A stretch of DNA of 64,000 nt from positions 15,982-79,981 of the forward strand of contig CAWAKL010000006.1 in NCBI GenBank assembly GCA_963782585.1, read 5' to 3'. The stretch is from an uncultured Acidobacteriota bacterium (GTDB taxonomy: Bacteria; Acidobacteriota; Thermoanaerobaculia; UBA5066; Gp7-AA6). The notes beneath the pieces were generated by a model that saw only the letters and a program-made list of their open reading frames with translations, did not search any database and had not been told where the DNA came from. This document shows positions 30,735 to 40,069 of this stretch, piece after piece. The first letter of the stretch is position 1; every line of letters starts with the position of its first letter. The position numbers and the translations under genes were made by a program.

Positions 30735-31274
30735 GTGAAGATGAAGAGGAGACGGATCGCAGCGCTCGTAGCCATCGCGGCACTGTTCGGCGTGTGGAGC
30801 AGCGTGGCGGGCCCGAAGCAGGACAAGTATTCGCTGCAAGTTCCGGACGGGCTCTCATTCTCCGAGTTCCGGGGTTACGAGACCTGGGAACTGGTCTCCG
30901 TGAGTCACAGCGACGAGACGCTCAACGTGATCCTCGGAAACCCGGTGATGATCAAGGCCTACCAGGACGGCTTTCCCGGCAACGGCAAGCCGTGGCCCGA
31001 CGGCGCCAAGAACGTGAAGATTCAGTACTTTCCCAAGCAGAGCAAGGAGGCGCCGTTCGACGTGGCGATTCCGGACGGCTTGAAGGATGTCGCTTTCATG
31101 GCGAAGGATGACAAGAGGTTCGCCGACAGTGGTGGATGGGGGTACGCCCAGTTCGACTACGACGCCGCGTCCGACAGCTTCAAGCCCAACGGAAAGGGCA
31201 CAAAGTGCGGGGCCGCGTGCCATTCGGCCGTGAAGGCAAAGGACTACGTTTTCACGGCCTTCGGAAAGAGGTAA
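30735..31274 (+). CDS. Cytochrome P460 family protein
   Basis: Signal peptide, FRGYETW, PDGAKNVK, MAKD..RF..SGGWGYAQF and C-terminal CGAACH..KDYVF. Confidence 0.85.
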   Translation: MKMKRRRIAALVAIAALFGVWSSVAGPKQDKYSLQVPDGLSFSEFRGYETWELVSVSHSDETLNVILGNPVMIKAYQDGFPGNGKPWPDGAKNVKIQYFPKQSKEAPFDVAIPDGLKDVAFMAKDDKRFADSGGWGYAQFDYDAASDSFKPNGKGTKCGAACHSAVKAKDYVFTAFGKR

Positions 31275-31434
31275 GCGGAGCGCGAGGCTCGCCGGAGGCG
31301 CCAAGGCAGTTTGCATCGTCGGCGCCGTTCGGCGGATGGCAGCGATTGAACGCCGAGTACGCAAGGCCGTTCGGAGTTGAGACCCCCGGCGGGCCGCTCA
31401 ACCTCCCGAAGCGTTGAATCCAAGGAGGAGCCCC

Positions 31435-31854
31435 ATGGAATCGACCCTGCAGAAGCCCACGGAGGTGCGCACGCCCCGCTCCAGAGGAACCGTCATCGGC
31501 TACTGGATCGTCACCGCGCTCTTCTGCCTGCAGATCGGTTTTACCGCCTACGCGCAACTGCGCCTGCCGCAGGTGGCGGAGATGTTCACGCACCTCGGTT
31601 TCCCCGCTTACTTCCGCGTGGAGCTCTCTTGGGCCAAGCTCCTCGGCGTGGTGCTGCTGCTCGCGCCGGTGCCGGCGCGGCTCAAGGAGTGGGCCTACGC
31701 CGGCTTCGCGATCACCCTCGCCTCGGCGCTCATCGCCCACTTCGCGGTGGGCGATGCTCCGGCAGTGTGGGCGTGGGCGGCGGTCACCGGCGTGCTCTGG
31801 GGGCTCTCGTACTTCCTCTGGCTCCGCCTGCAGGCGACGCCGGCGAGCGCCTAA
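31435..31854 (+). CDS. DoxX-like membrane protein
   Basis: YWIVTALF, HLGFPAYF and LKEWAYAGF motifs; AGGAGG RBS. Confidence 0.88.
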   Translation: MESTLQKPTEVRTPRSRGTVIGYWIVTALFCLQIGFTAYAQLRLPQVAEMFTHLGFPAYFRVELSWAKLLGVVLLLAPVPARLKEWAYAGFAITLASALIAHFAVGDAPAVWAWAAVTGVLWGLSYFLWLRLQATPASA

Positions 31855-31880
31855 GATATGGGCGAGGGTTGGAGCGGAAC

Positions 31881-32308
31881 ATGAAAAAGCTCATGCCGGG
31901 GGAATCGCGTCTGCATTGATCGACGAGAAGATCAAGGGACTCGAGGACTGGCGCGGGAAGACGCTCGCGAAAGTGCGCGACATCATCCGCAAGGCCGACC
32001 CCGAGATCGTCGAAGAGTGGAAGTGGGGGACTCCCGTCTGGTCCCAGGGCGGCCTCATCTGCACGGGAGAGACCTACAAGAGCGTCGTGAAATTGACATT
32101 CGCGAAAGGCGCTGCGTTGAAGGACCCTTCCCGTCTGTTCAACTCCAGCCTCGAAGGGAATGTCCGGCGCGCGATCGACATCCACGAAGACGACAAGGTC
32201 GATGCGGCGGCCTTGAAGGATCTCATTCGCGCAGCGATCGCGCTCAATCACGTCATGGGCAAGAGCAAGCCGAAGCCCCGGCGACCGAGCAGCCCGCGGG
32301 GTAAGTAG
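31881..32308 (+). CDS. DUF1801/YdhG-like protein (frameshift near the 5' end)
   Basis: DWRGKTL, EEWKWGTPVWS, KLTFAKGA and FNSSLEGNVRRAID motifs. Confidence 0.85.
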
Positions 32309-32385
32309 GTTCATCGCGTGCCGGGGCGCGCGGTCGATACGGGGAGCCCGCCGGACTGAGGTAAAATGCGTCCACAGTCGACAGA

Positions 32386-33159
32386 ATGCGAACAACCCTT
32401 GCGACTTCCCAGGCCGCCGTGCGGCGCGACTCGTCCGAGTCGCGGCCGCTCCTTCTCGAGCCGGCCACCGTGGCCCGGGCGCTCGCGCTGGCCGCGCTGC
32501 TCTTTGTCCTGGTCAGCACGGCGGGGCAGCTGATCAAGTTCCTGACGGGGCACGACGAGCTGATGGGTCTCGTGTCGCTCACGTACGTCGACCAGGAAGG
32601 GAATCTCCCGACTTTTTTTTCGGCTCTGCTCCTGGCCGCGGCGTCGGCCGCCCTCACGCTCGCTGCCGGCATGGCGAGGAGCAACCGGGCGCCGGACGTT
32701 TCGCGCTGGGCCCTCCTCGCTCTGGGATTCCTTTATCTCGCGTTCGATGAGGGCGCGGCGCTCCACGAGCGGCTTCGCGCTCCGCTCTTCGCGTTCCTCG
32801 GCCGAAGCGAGGAGGCCGCTTCGTCCCAGGCCTACTGGGTGATCCGCGCCCTCGCCGTGGCGGCGGTCCTCGTTTGTCTCTTCGGGAAATTTCTCTTCCG
32901 CCTCCCGCCGCGGACGCGACGCACGTTCGTGATCGCCGGAGCGCTCTACTTCGCCGGGGCCGGCGGCCTGGATCTGGCGGGCCGCCTGTGGGCCCTGACG
33001 CACGGGGTGCAGAACCTGACTTATGTTCTCTTCGCCACGCTGGAGGAATCTCTGGAGATGGCGGGCGTGATCGTCCTGATCTACGGCGTGCTCAGCTACG
33101 TCAGCGATACCTGGGGTGAGGTCCGGCTTTCGTTCGGCAACGCGGTTTCCGACCCGTAG
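32386..33159 (+). CDS. Uncharacterised polytopic membrane protein (paralog 1)
   Basis: About 6-7 TM segments; DQEGNLPTFFS, AFDEG..LHE and EESLEMAG motifs. Confidence 0.85.
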   Translation: MRTTLATSQAAVRRDSSESRPLLLEPATVARALALAALLFVLVSTAGQLIKFLTGHDELMGLVSLTYVDQEGNLPTFFSALLLAAASAALTLAAGMARSNRAPDVSRWALLALGFLYLAFDEGAALHERLRAPLFAFLGRSEEAASSQAYWVIRALAVAAVLVCLFGKFLFRLPPRTRRTFVIAGALYFAGAGGLDLAGRLWALTHGVQNLTYVLFATLEESLEMAGVIVLIYGVLSYVSDTWGEVRLSFGNAVSDP

Positions 33160-33245
33160 GCGGAAGCTCCAGAGACTTCGCCCGACTTTCCCTGGCGGCT
33201 TCGCCGGCGGTTAGAATCGGGTAACTCCAAAGCCGACACCGGAGG

Positions 33246-33977
33246 ATGGACATCCACGCCATACAGCTGAAGCCATCGGCCGTCGCGCGCGCCCTCGGGG
33301 CGGCGGCGCTTCTCGTGGTGCTGCTGAGCACGGCCTTCCAGGCTGTGAAGTACCTCACCGGGCACAACGAGCTCATGGGACTGCTCGCGTTCACCTACGT
33401 CGACGACGAGCAGAATCTGCCGACCCTGTTTTCCGTGCTGCTTCTCGCTCTCGCCTCTCTCTGTCTCGTCTTCGCCTGTGTGCTGGCGCGGAAGCAGAAA
33501 TCGCCCGACTCCTGGCGCTGGGCGCTGCTCGCGTTGGGATTTCTGTATCTGGCGTTCGATGAGGGGTTGTCCCTGCACGAGAAGCTCGGTCCGATGATTC
33601 GCGCGGTCCTCGGCCGCGGCGAAGAGTCCGAATCCTCGACCACCTACTGGTGGATTCGCGGGCTGGTCGCCGCCGGCGTCCTGATGCTCCTGTTCTGGGG
33701 GTTCCTGCGCCGATTGCCGGCGAGGACGAGATTTCACTTCCTGCTGGGCGGCGCCCTCTATCTCGTGGGAGCCGTGGTTCTCGACATCCTCGGCATCAAG
33801 TGGGCGGACGCGCACACGGAACACAACCCCACGTACGTTCTCCTCGCGACGGTCGAGGAGAGCCTCGAGATGGCGGGCGTCATCGTCTTGATCTACGGAG
33901 TGCTGGCGTACATCGCCGAGAGCTGCGGCGAGGTCCGGTTCCAGCTCGGCAAGTCCGGGGAGAAGGCACGGTCGTAG
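33246..33977 (+). CDS. Uncharacterised polytopic membrane protein (paralog 2)
   Basis: Same motifs as the upstream paralog: DEQNLPTLFS, AFDEG..LHE and EESLEMAG; GGAGG RBS. Confidence 0.87.
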   Translation: MDIHAIQLKPSAVARALGAAALLVVLLSTAFQAVKYLTGHNELMGLLAFTYVDDEQNLPTLFSVLLLALASLCLVFACVLARKQKSPDSWRWALLALGFLYLAFDEGLSLHEKLGPMIRAVLGRGEESESSTTYWWIRGLVAAGVLMLLFWGFLRRLPARTRFHFLLGGALYLVGAVVLDILGIKWADAHTEHNPTYVLLATVEESLEMAGVIVLIYGVLAYIAESCGEVRFQLGKSGEKARS

Positions 33978-34019
33978 TCCGTAGGGGCCCTGACTCAGCA
34001 AACACAGCCCTGGAGGAGC

Positions 34020-34050
34020 TTGACAGCCATATGCTGTAATGGCATATAGT
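34020..34050 (+). promoter_or_regulatory. Promoter with 19-bp spacer and internal palindrome
   Basis: TTGACA (34020-25), N19, TATAGT (34045-50); ATATGC-N7-GCATAT at 34029-34047. Confidence 0.6.
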
Positions 34051-34075
34051 CGAGCCATCGCTCGGGGAGGGGACA

Positions 34076-36319
34076 ATGCGGCTTCCCGCCACCGGGACCT
34101 CTGGAAAAAGGCGTCCCGCGGGTCGACTGGGCCTGCTGGTCGTTCTGCTGGTGCTGTTCACGGATCGCCAGATTGCCCTTGCGCAGACGAAGGTCTGGGC
34201 GGGCCACACTGGCGGTCTCTGGTCGGATCCGGGCAACTGGGTCGGCGGCGTGGCCCCGGTCGACGGGGACTCGCTCGTCTTTCCCTACGCCTCGTTCAGC
34301 CACTCGATGTGGAACGACATCCAGGGCCTCACGGTGGGGTCTGTGACGTCGGAGGTCGATTTCCGGGTGAGCGGCGAAACGGTCATTCTGACGGGCGATC
34401 TGAGGTTTCACAGCTGGAACGTCCCGACGATCCTTGGGGCGTCCGTCGCGATGAACGCCGACGTGGGCAACGTGATCGAGCTCGCCGGCCACGCGCTGAC
34501 GCTCGACGGATCCGTACGAGGCAACATCCAGGGCGCCGGCTCGGTGACGGTCTCGAACAGCCTCTTTCTGAACGATACGTCGGCGTCGGCCTTCGCAGGT
34601 ACGTTCACCGTCTCGCCCGGCGCGAGCCTGATGGTGTTCGGGACGCTCTCTGTCGCGACGCTCGCCGGCGGAGTGGGCAGCACGCTCGGGGGGAGCGGGA
34701 CGGTCGGAGCGACGACGCTGACGGACGCAAGGCTCTCAGGCGGCGAGCCCTTCACGACCGGTGATTTTGCCGCGCAGGGCGGCCGGATGTTTTTCGAGAT
34801 CCGACGGAGCCCCACCGTCAACGGACAGACACAATTGCGGGTTCTCGGAACGGTGACCCTCGCGAATCCCGCTCTCGAGGTGAGGCTGCCTTTGAACCCG
34901 GCACTCGTGGGCGAGCAACTCATTTTGATCGACAACGACGGTTCCGACCCCGTTACCGGGACGTTCGCCGACCTCCCCGAGGGCGCCGTCTTCACGGCCG
35001 ACAACGAGTCTTTTCGGATCAGCTACGTGGGCGGGGACGGTAACGACGTGGTCGTGACGGCCGAGGCCTGGAACGGCCCGAAACGCTGGATCGGTGTCGT
35101 CAGCGGTCTCTGGTCCAATCCCGCCAACTGGTGGGACGGCGTTCCTCCCGTCGACGGCGACTCACTTCACTTTCCGTACTACGGCGCGTTCAGCCACAAC
35201 ATGTGGAACGACATCCCGGGCCTCTCCCTGAGCTCGGTCACGTCGGTGGCCGACTTTCAGGTCGGGGGCGAGACCGTGACGCTCACCGACAGCGCCAACT
35301 TCCAACGTTGGAACTTGCCGACGATCCTGGGCGGACCAGCAACGATCCAGGCGGAGGTCGGCAACGTGATCGAGCTCAACGGACAGGCCCTGACGCTCTC
35401 CGGCGTCCTGATCGGCTCCATCCAGGGAGCCGGCTCCGTGACGGTCGCGGAAACTCTGACATTGAACGGAGCGTCGAATTTTGCCGGGACGTTCACGGTG
35501 CAGTACGCGCAACTCATCGTGCACGGAACGATCGCGGTTTCGCCGGTCATCGTCAATGGTGGCTTTCTGGGCGGGCAGGGAACCGTGCCGGCGACGACCG
35601 TGACCGGAGGAACGCTGGCCGGGAATGTGCTGACGACGGGCGATCTCCGCGTCCAGGGTGGGCGGGTGTTGCTGCCGCTGGGCGGGCTTCCCCAGTCGCA
35701 AATCAACACTCTCGGCACGGTGACGCTCCAGAACCCGGCGCTCGAGATTCCAACGCACCCCCCTCCGTCACCGGGCCAGTCGTTCGTGCTGATCGCCAAC
35801 GATGGAACGGACCCGATCTCTGGAACGTTTGCCGGCCTTCCCGAAGGCGCCTTCGTTCCGAACGTTCCCTTCCGCATCTCCTACGTCGGAGGCACGGGCA
35901 ACGACGTCGTCGTCACCGCGCTCGTCTCGACGACGACCACGCTTGTCTCCTCGAGGAACCCGGCGAACGCCGGCGAGACGATCACGCTGACGGCGAACGT
36001 CGGCTCGGCCTCCGGACAGCCGAGCGGGTCCGTCGTTTTCGAAGAATGGACCTACCCGGGGACGAGAGTTCTCGGCTCCGTGCCGCTCGACGCGAGCGGA
36101 AACGCGGCGATCTCGCTCCAGCTCGCCCCAGGCACGCACGTGATCGTGGCGAGATTCGCGGGCGGGGGAGCGTTCGGTTCCAGCCTCAGCCCGGAGCTCC
36201 AGCAGGTGGTGCAAGGTGCGCCGAACGGCACGGCGACAATCCCGACGCTCGGCGGAACGGCCCTCGTCCTTCTGGCGATCGGTCTGGCGGCCGTCGGGGC
36301 CCGACTGGCCCTGCGCTGA
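34076..36319 (+). CDS. Secreted surface protein: two passenger-like beta-strand modules, Ig-like domain and IPTL-CTERM sorting signal
   Basis: Duplicated GLWS.P.NW...ISYVGG.GNDVVVT modules; TTTTLVSSRNPA..GETITLTA Ig-like repeat; C-terminal IPTLGGTALVLLAIGL..R. Confidence 0.85.
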   Translation: MRLPATGTSGKRRPAGRLGLLVVLLVLFTDRQIALAQTKVWAGHTGGLWSDPGNWVGGVAPVDGDSLVFPYASFSHSMWNDIQGLTVGSVTSEVDFRVSGETVILTGDLRFHSWNVPTILGASVAMNADVGNVIELAGHALTLDGSVRGNIQGAGSVTVSNSLFLNDTSASAFAGTFTVSPGASLMVFGTLSVATLAGGVGSTLGGSGTVGATTLTDARLSGGEPFTTGDFAAQGGRMFFEIRRSPTVNGQTQLRVLGTVTLANPALEVRLPLNPALVGEQLILIDNDGSDPVTGTFADLPEGAVFTADNESFRISYVGGDGNDVVVTAEAWNGPKRWIGVVSGLWSNPANWWDGVPPVDGDSLHFPYYGAFSHNMWNDIPGLSLSSVTSVADFQVGGETVTLTDSANFQRWNLPTILGGPATIQAEVGNVIELNGQALTLSGVLIGSIQGAGSVTVAETLTLNGASNFAGTFTVQYAQLIVHGTIAVSPVIVNGGFLGGQGTVPATTVTGGTLAGNVLTTGDLRVQGGRVLLPLGGLPQSQINTLGTVTLQNPALEIPTHPPPSPGQSFVLIANDGTDPISGTFAGLPEGAFVPNVPFRISYVGGTGNDVVVTALVSTTTTLVSSRNPANAGETITLTANVGSASGQPSGSVVFEEWTYPGTRVLGSVPLDASGNAAISLQLAPGTHVIVARFAGGGAFGSSLSPELQQVVQGAPNGTATIPTLGGTALVLLAIGLAAVGARLALR

Positions 36320-36326
36320 CCCGGCT

Positions 36327-36788
36327 TTAGCGGTGCAGGCGGACCTGACCGCCCGGCATCAGCTCCTGGTCGCCGGTGATGAGGTCCTTGTGAAAGTCGC
36401 CGACGACGAGGGAGAGCCCGCCGGATTCGAGGCGGCCGCTGACGCCGCCGCCGGTGCAGCCCACCATGCTGACGGTTCCGGTGAGCACGTCGCCCGAAAC
36501 CGTACCGAGGAAGGCGCCCTCGATCTGGCAGCCTGACGCCCGGAACCAGCCGCGAACCTCGCTGCCCGTCTGTGTGAACGTCGCCGAGGCCGCGCCATTG
36601 GTGCAGAACGATGGGATGTTCGAGGCGTATTGCCCGCTCCAGTCCCCCGAGACATCGGCGACGACTCCCACGGGGCCGGGACCAGCGACGTCGTTCGAGT
36701 CGTTGCAGCCGATCAGGAGAGTTGAGGAGACGAGGATGAAGAGCGTGGCGGCTGCGAGCAACCGAGGACCGCGCGCGTAGGCTCGCAT
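36327..36788 (-). CDS. Hypothetical lipoprotein
   Basis: LLIGC lipobox, DVSGDWSG and a beta-rich body; AAAGGAG RBS. Confidence 0.75.
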   Translation of the reverse strand: MRAYARGPRLLAAATLFILVSSTLLIGCNDSNDVAGPGPVGVVADVSGDWSGQYASNIPSFCTNGAASATFTQTGSEVRGWFRASGCQIEGAFLGTVSGDVLTGTVSMVGCTGGGVSGRLESGGLSLVVGDFHKDLITGDQELMPGGQVRLHR

Positions 36789-36904
36789 ACGGGCTCCTTT
36801 CGGCGGTGATGTGACCGAACCGCCTTCTTGGAACATTGTTACCACCATTCGACTCGGCGGGTATGTCCCTCAATGAAATCTCCATGCGGGCGTGACGCAG
36901 GCGC

Positions 36905-36933
36905 TTGACTTGCGCCTCTTTTGCGCCTATGCT
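36905..36933 (+). promoter_or_regulatory. Sigma70-type promoter upstream of the lexA leader
   Basis: TTGACT-N17-TATGCT. Confidence 0.75.
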
Positions 36934-36940
36934 GTTTTCA

Positions 36941-37007
36941 TAGGCCGATGGGCTGGCCCGCTCAGGCCTGCGGGCAGCCGCGGTGGTTCCCTCGGCCTTA
37001 TTTTTTC
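36941..37007 (+). ncRNA. Candidate structured small RNA or attenuator in the lexA leader
   Basis: Outer stem AGGCCGA/TCGGCCT, inner stem GCCCGC/GCGGGC, followed by TATTTTTT; begins at the predicted TSS. Confidence 0.45.
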
Positions 37008-37008
37008 T

Positions 37009-37041
37009 GCCATATGAGCTTATTTGGCTAAATAAATTAGG
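37009..37041 (+). promoter_or_regulatory. Candidate LexA operator(s)
   Basis: Imperfect palindrome GCCATATGAG|CTTATTTGGC and overlapping TTATTT-GGCT-AAATAA, immediately before the lexA ATG. Confidence 0.5.
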
Positions 37042-37047
37042 GAACCT

Positions 37048-37659
<612 letters not shown>

Positions 37660-37661
37660 GG

Positions 37662-39013
37662 CTAGAGCGACTTCAGGTACTCGACGAGCTGCGCCTTCTC
37701 GTCCGGGCTCAGCCGGAGCCCGAACTGCCGGTCGTAGTGATTGACCACGTCGAGATAGGTCGCGAACCGACCATCGTGGTAGAAGCCGCCCTTCTCCCGC
37801 ACGAAGAGGCCCTTCAGCGGCGTCGTCCGATAGAACTTCTTGTCCGGCGAGCGGCTGGCCTGGAAGTCGTCGATCCCCAGCTCCTCGGCGCTGTGCATGT
37901 TCCAGCCGGGCTCGGTGAAGAGGGGCGGCACGTGACACGACGCGCAGCGCGCCTTTCCTTCGAAGACCAGCTTCCCGCGATCCGCCGAGGCCTTGTCGAA
38001 GGAATCCGCCTTCGGCTCGGGAGCCGGGATCGAGAGCTGGTAGTAGTGGAGCGCGGCGAGCTTCGGCGTGACGAGGTCCGGGTTGCTGCGCTTGTTCCAG
38101 GCCCCGCTCTTCACGGCGAGGGGAAAGCGATTCGGGTCGTTCATCCGAGGGTCGTAGAACGTTCCCTTGCCCTGCATCTGCGTGTTCGCGACGTAGGCGT
38201 TCCAGTGCGTCACCGAGCCCCAGCCGGTGTAGGTGTGGAGGTTGACGCCCGGCGAGGCCGAAGGCCGCCGGCAGGAGGGTCGCCGCGGTCTTGCCGTCCG
38301 GGCGCGCCGCCTTGCCGTCCTGGTTCAGCTCCGCGTCGTACCGGCCCGGGCCCCAGCCGTTCAGCACCTTGCGCACCGTCGCTTCGTCCACGCCGAGAAG
38401 ATCCGAGAACGGCTTGACCGTCGGGCGCCATCGCCACGACGGCGCCGATGTTGAGGTCGCGGTTGGGCCAGCCGTCGAGCCGGCCGCCGATGCCCTTGGC
38501 GAAGGCGTCGTCGACCGTCGAGTGGCAGATCGCGCAGGTGATGCCGATCGAGACGAGGTTCTTCTGGGCGTCGAAGACCCCCTTGACGCCGACGACCGAG
38601 TCCGCCCGCAGGAGCTCGAGCGTCGTTTCGGGGTCCTCGAGGCTGACCTTGCCGCCCTTGACCGCTTCGACCAGGATCTTCGGCAGCTTTCCGATGTCGA
38701 CCTTGAGCCCGGCTTCGAGCGCCGCCTTCGGCGTGAGGCCGGGCCCGACGCCGCCCAGCTTCGCGCCGAGGATGGCCTCGTGCAGGCGGAGCTGGCCGCC
38801 CCAGAAATCCTCGCTGCCGAAGCTGTCGTAGCGGAAGATCTTCCGGCCCTCGGTCAGCATGTCGCTCGAGTTCTTGTCGATCCGGCCGTCGAAATCCAGG
38901 CGCGTCTTCTCGGCCTCGACGGCCGGATTCGTCTGGACGCTCTTGGGTCCGGAAAGGCAAGCCAGGACAGGGACGAGAGTTGCGAGAGGAACGACCCAGC
39001 GTGGGAGCGCCAT
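37662..39013 (-). CDS. Di-heme cytochrome c peroxidase-like exported protein (frameshifts near 38420 and 38250)
   Basis: CAICH and CASCH heme motifs; YRTTPLKGL and FYHDGRF (CCP/MauG-like C-terminus); signal peptide. Confidence 0.82.
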
Positions 39014-39132
39014 GTCCGCATCCTCCGTTCGGGGGCGGACTCCGGGCCGCCCCTGACTCCTTGGAGTGAGATTTGGGCTTTTGGTGACGGATGGGAGCCC
39101 CCGGTCTTCGCGGTAGAATCCGGCCCTCAAAA

Positions 39133-39208
39133 GGCGACGTACCCAAGTGGTTAAGGGAGAGGTCTGCAAAACCTTTATTCGGCGGTTCGAATCCGCCCGT
39201 CGCCTCCA
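39133..39208 (+). tRNA. tRNA-Cys (GCA)
   Basis: GGCGACG/CGTCGCC acceptor, loop CTGCAAA, GGTTCGAATCC and CCA end; TAGAAT at 39114. Confidence 0.97.
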
Positions 39209-39242
39209 TGTCTCCGGCGCCTTAGGAGGCTCGTCCGACCTC

Positions 39243-39331
39243 GCCGGAGTGGCGGAATTGGTAGACGCACGGGACTTAAAATCCCGAGGGCCGAAAGGCC
39301 CGTGCCGGTTCGAATCCGGCCTCCGGCACCA
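39243..39331 (+). tRNA. tRNA-Leu (TAA)
   Basis: GCCGGAG/CTCCGGC acceptor, CGGGA-CTTAAAA-TCCCG, long variable arm and CCA end. Confidence 0.97.
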
Positions 39332-39342
39332 CTGACCTGGTC

Positions 39343-40059
39343 ATGAACGGCGCCACGGCGGAAACGGCCTCCGCCTTCCAGCAGAGGCTCGGGTACACGT
39401 TCCAGAGCCTCGACCTGCTCGAGCGGGCGCTGACCCACAAGTCCTTCTCGAACGAGAACCGCGAGCTCCGCTCGCCCAACAACGAGCGCCTCGAGTTCCT
39501 CGGGGACGCGGTCCTCGGCTTCGTCATCGGCGAGCTGATCTATCGGTCCTTCCCGAACCTCCAGGAGGGGGCGCTCTCGAAGATCAAGGCGCATCTGGTC
39601 TCGGCGAACATGCTTTCGGCGAAGGCGCGGGCCCTCGAGATCGGCCGCTTTCTCCGCATGGGCGCCGGAGAAGCGCGCTCGGGGGGCGCGGAGAAGCTCT
39701 CGCTCCTGGCCGACGCCTTCGAAGCGGTCGTGGCGGCCATCTATCTCGACGGCGGCACCCCGGCGACGGAGGCCTTCGTGCGCCGGGTCTTCGAGTCCGA
39801 GGTCGCCGTCATCGACATCGGCGACCTCTCGTTCCACGACTACAAGACGACCCTGCAGGAAGCCGCCCAGAGCCTCGGGCTTCCGCTGCCGGAGTACCGG
39901 GTCATCGAGGAGTCCGGTCCCGACCACGAAAAGGCCTTCGTCGTCGAGCTCTCCTGGGACAGCGAACCCTTCGCTCGCGGCCAGGGGAACTCCAAGCGCG
40001 AGGCCCAGCGAAAAGCGGCGAAGGAAGCGCTGAAGCGGCTGGGCCGGATCCCGGCCTGA
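39343..40059 (+). CDS. rnc: Ribonuclease III
   Basis: ALTHKS, NERLEFLGDAVL, ADAFEA and dsRBD DYKTTLQE..GPDHEK. Confidence 0.97.
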   Translation: MNGATAETASAFQQRLGYTFQSLDLLERALTHKSFSNENRELRSPNNERLEFLGDAVLGFVIGELIYRSFPNLQEGALSKIKAHLVSANMLSAKARALEIGRFLRMGAGEARSGGAEKLSLLADAFEAVVAAIYLDGGTPATEAFVRRVFESEVAVIDIGDLSFHDYKTTLQEAAQSLGLPLPEYRVIEESGPDHEKAFVVELSWDSEPFARGQGNSKREAQRKAAKEALKRLGRIPA

Positions 40060-40069
40060 GGCGCGCGCC

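Noticed and set aside
36974-36984. GCAGCCGCGGT matches a conserved 16S rRNA motif
   Set aside because: Only 11 nt, with no flanking rRNA similarity.
39133-39331. tRNA-Cys, -Leu and -Phe as island integration sites
   Set aside because: They are followed directly by rnc and def; no duplicated 3' ends were found.
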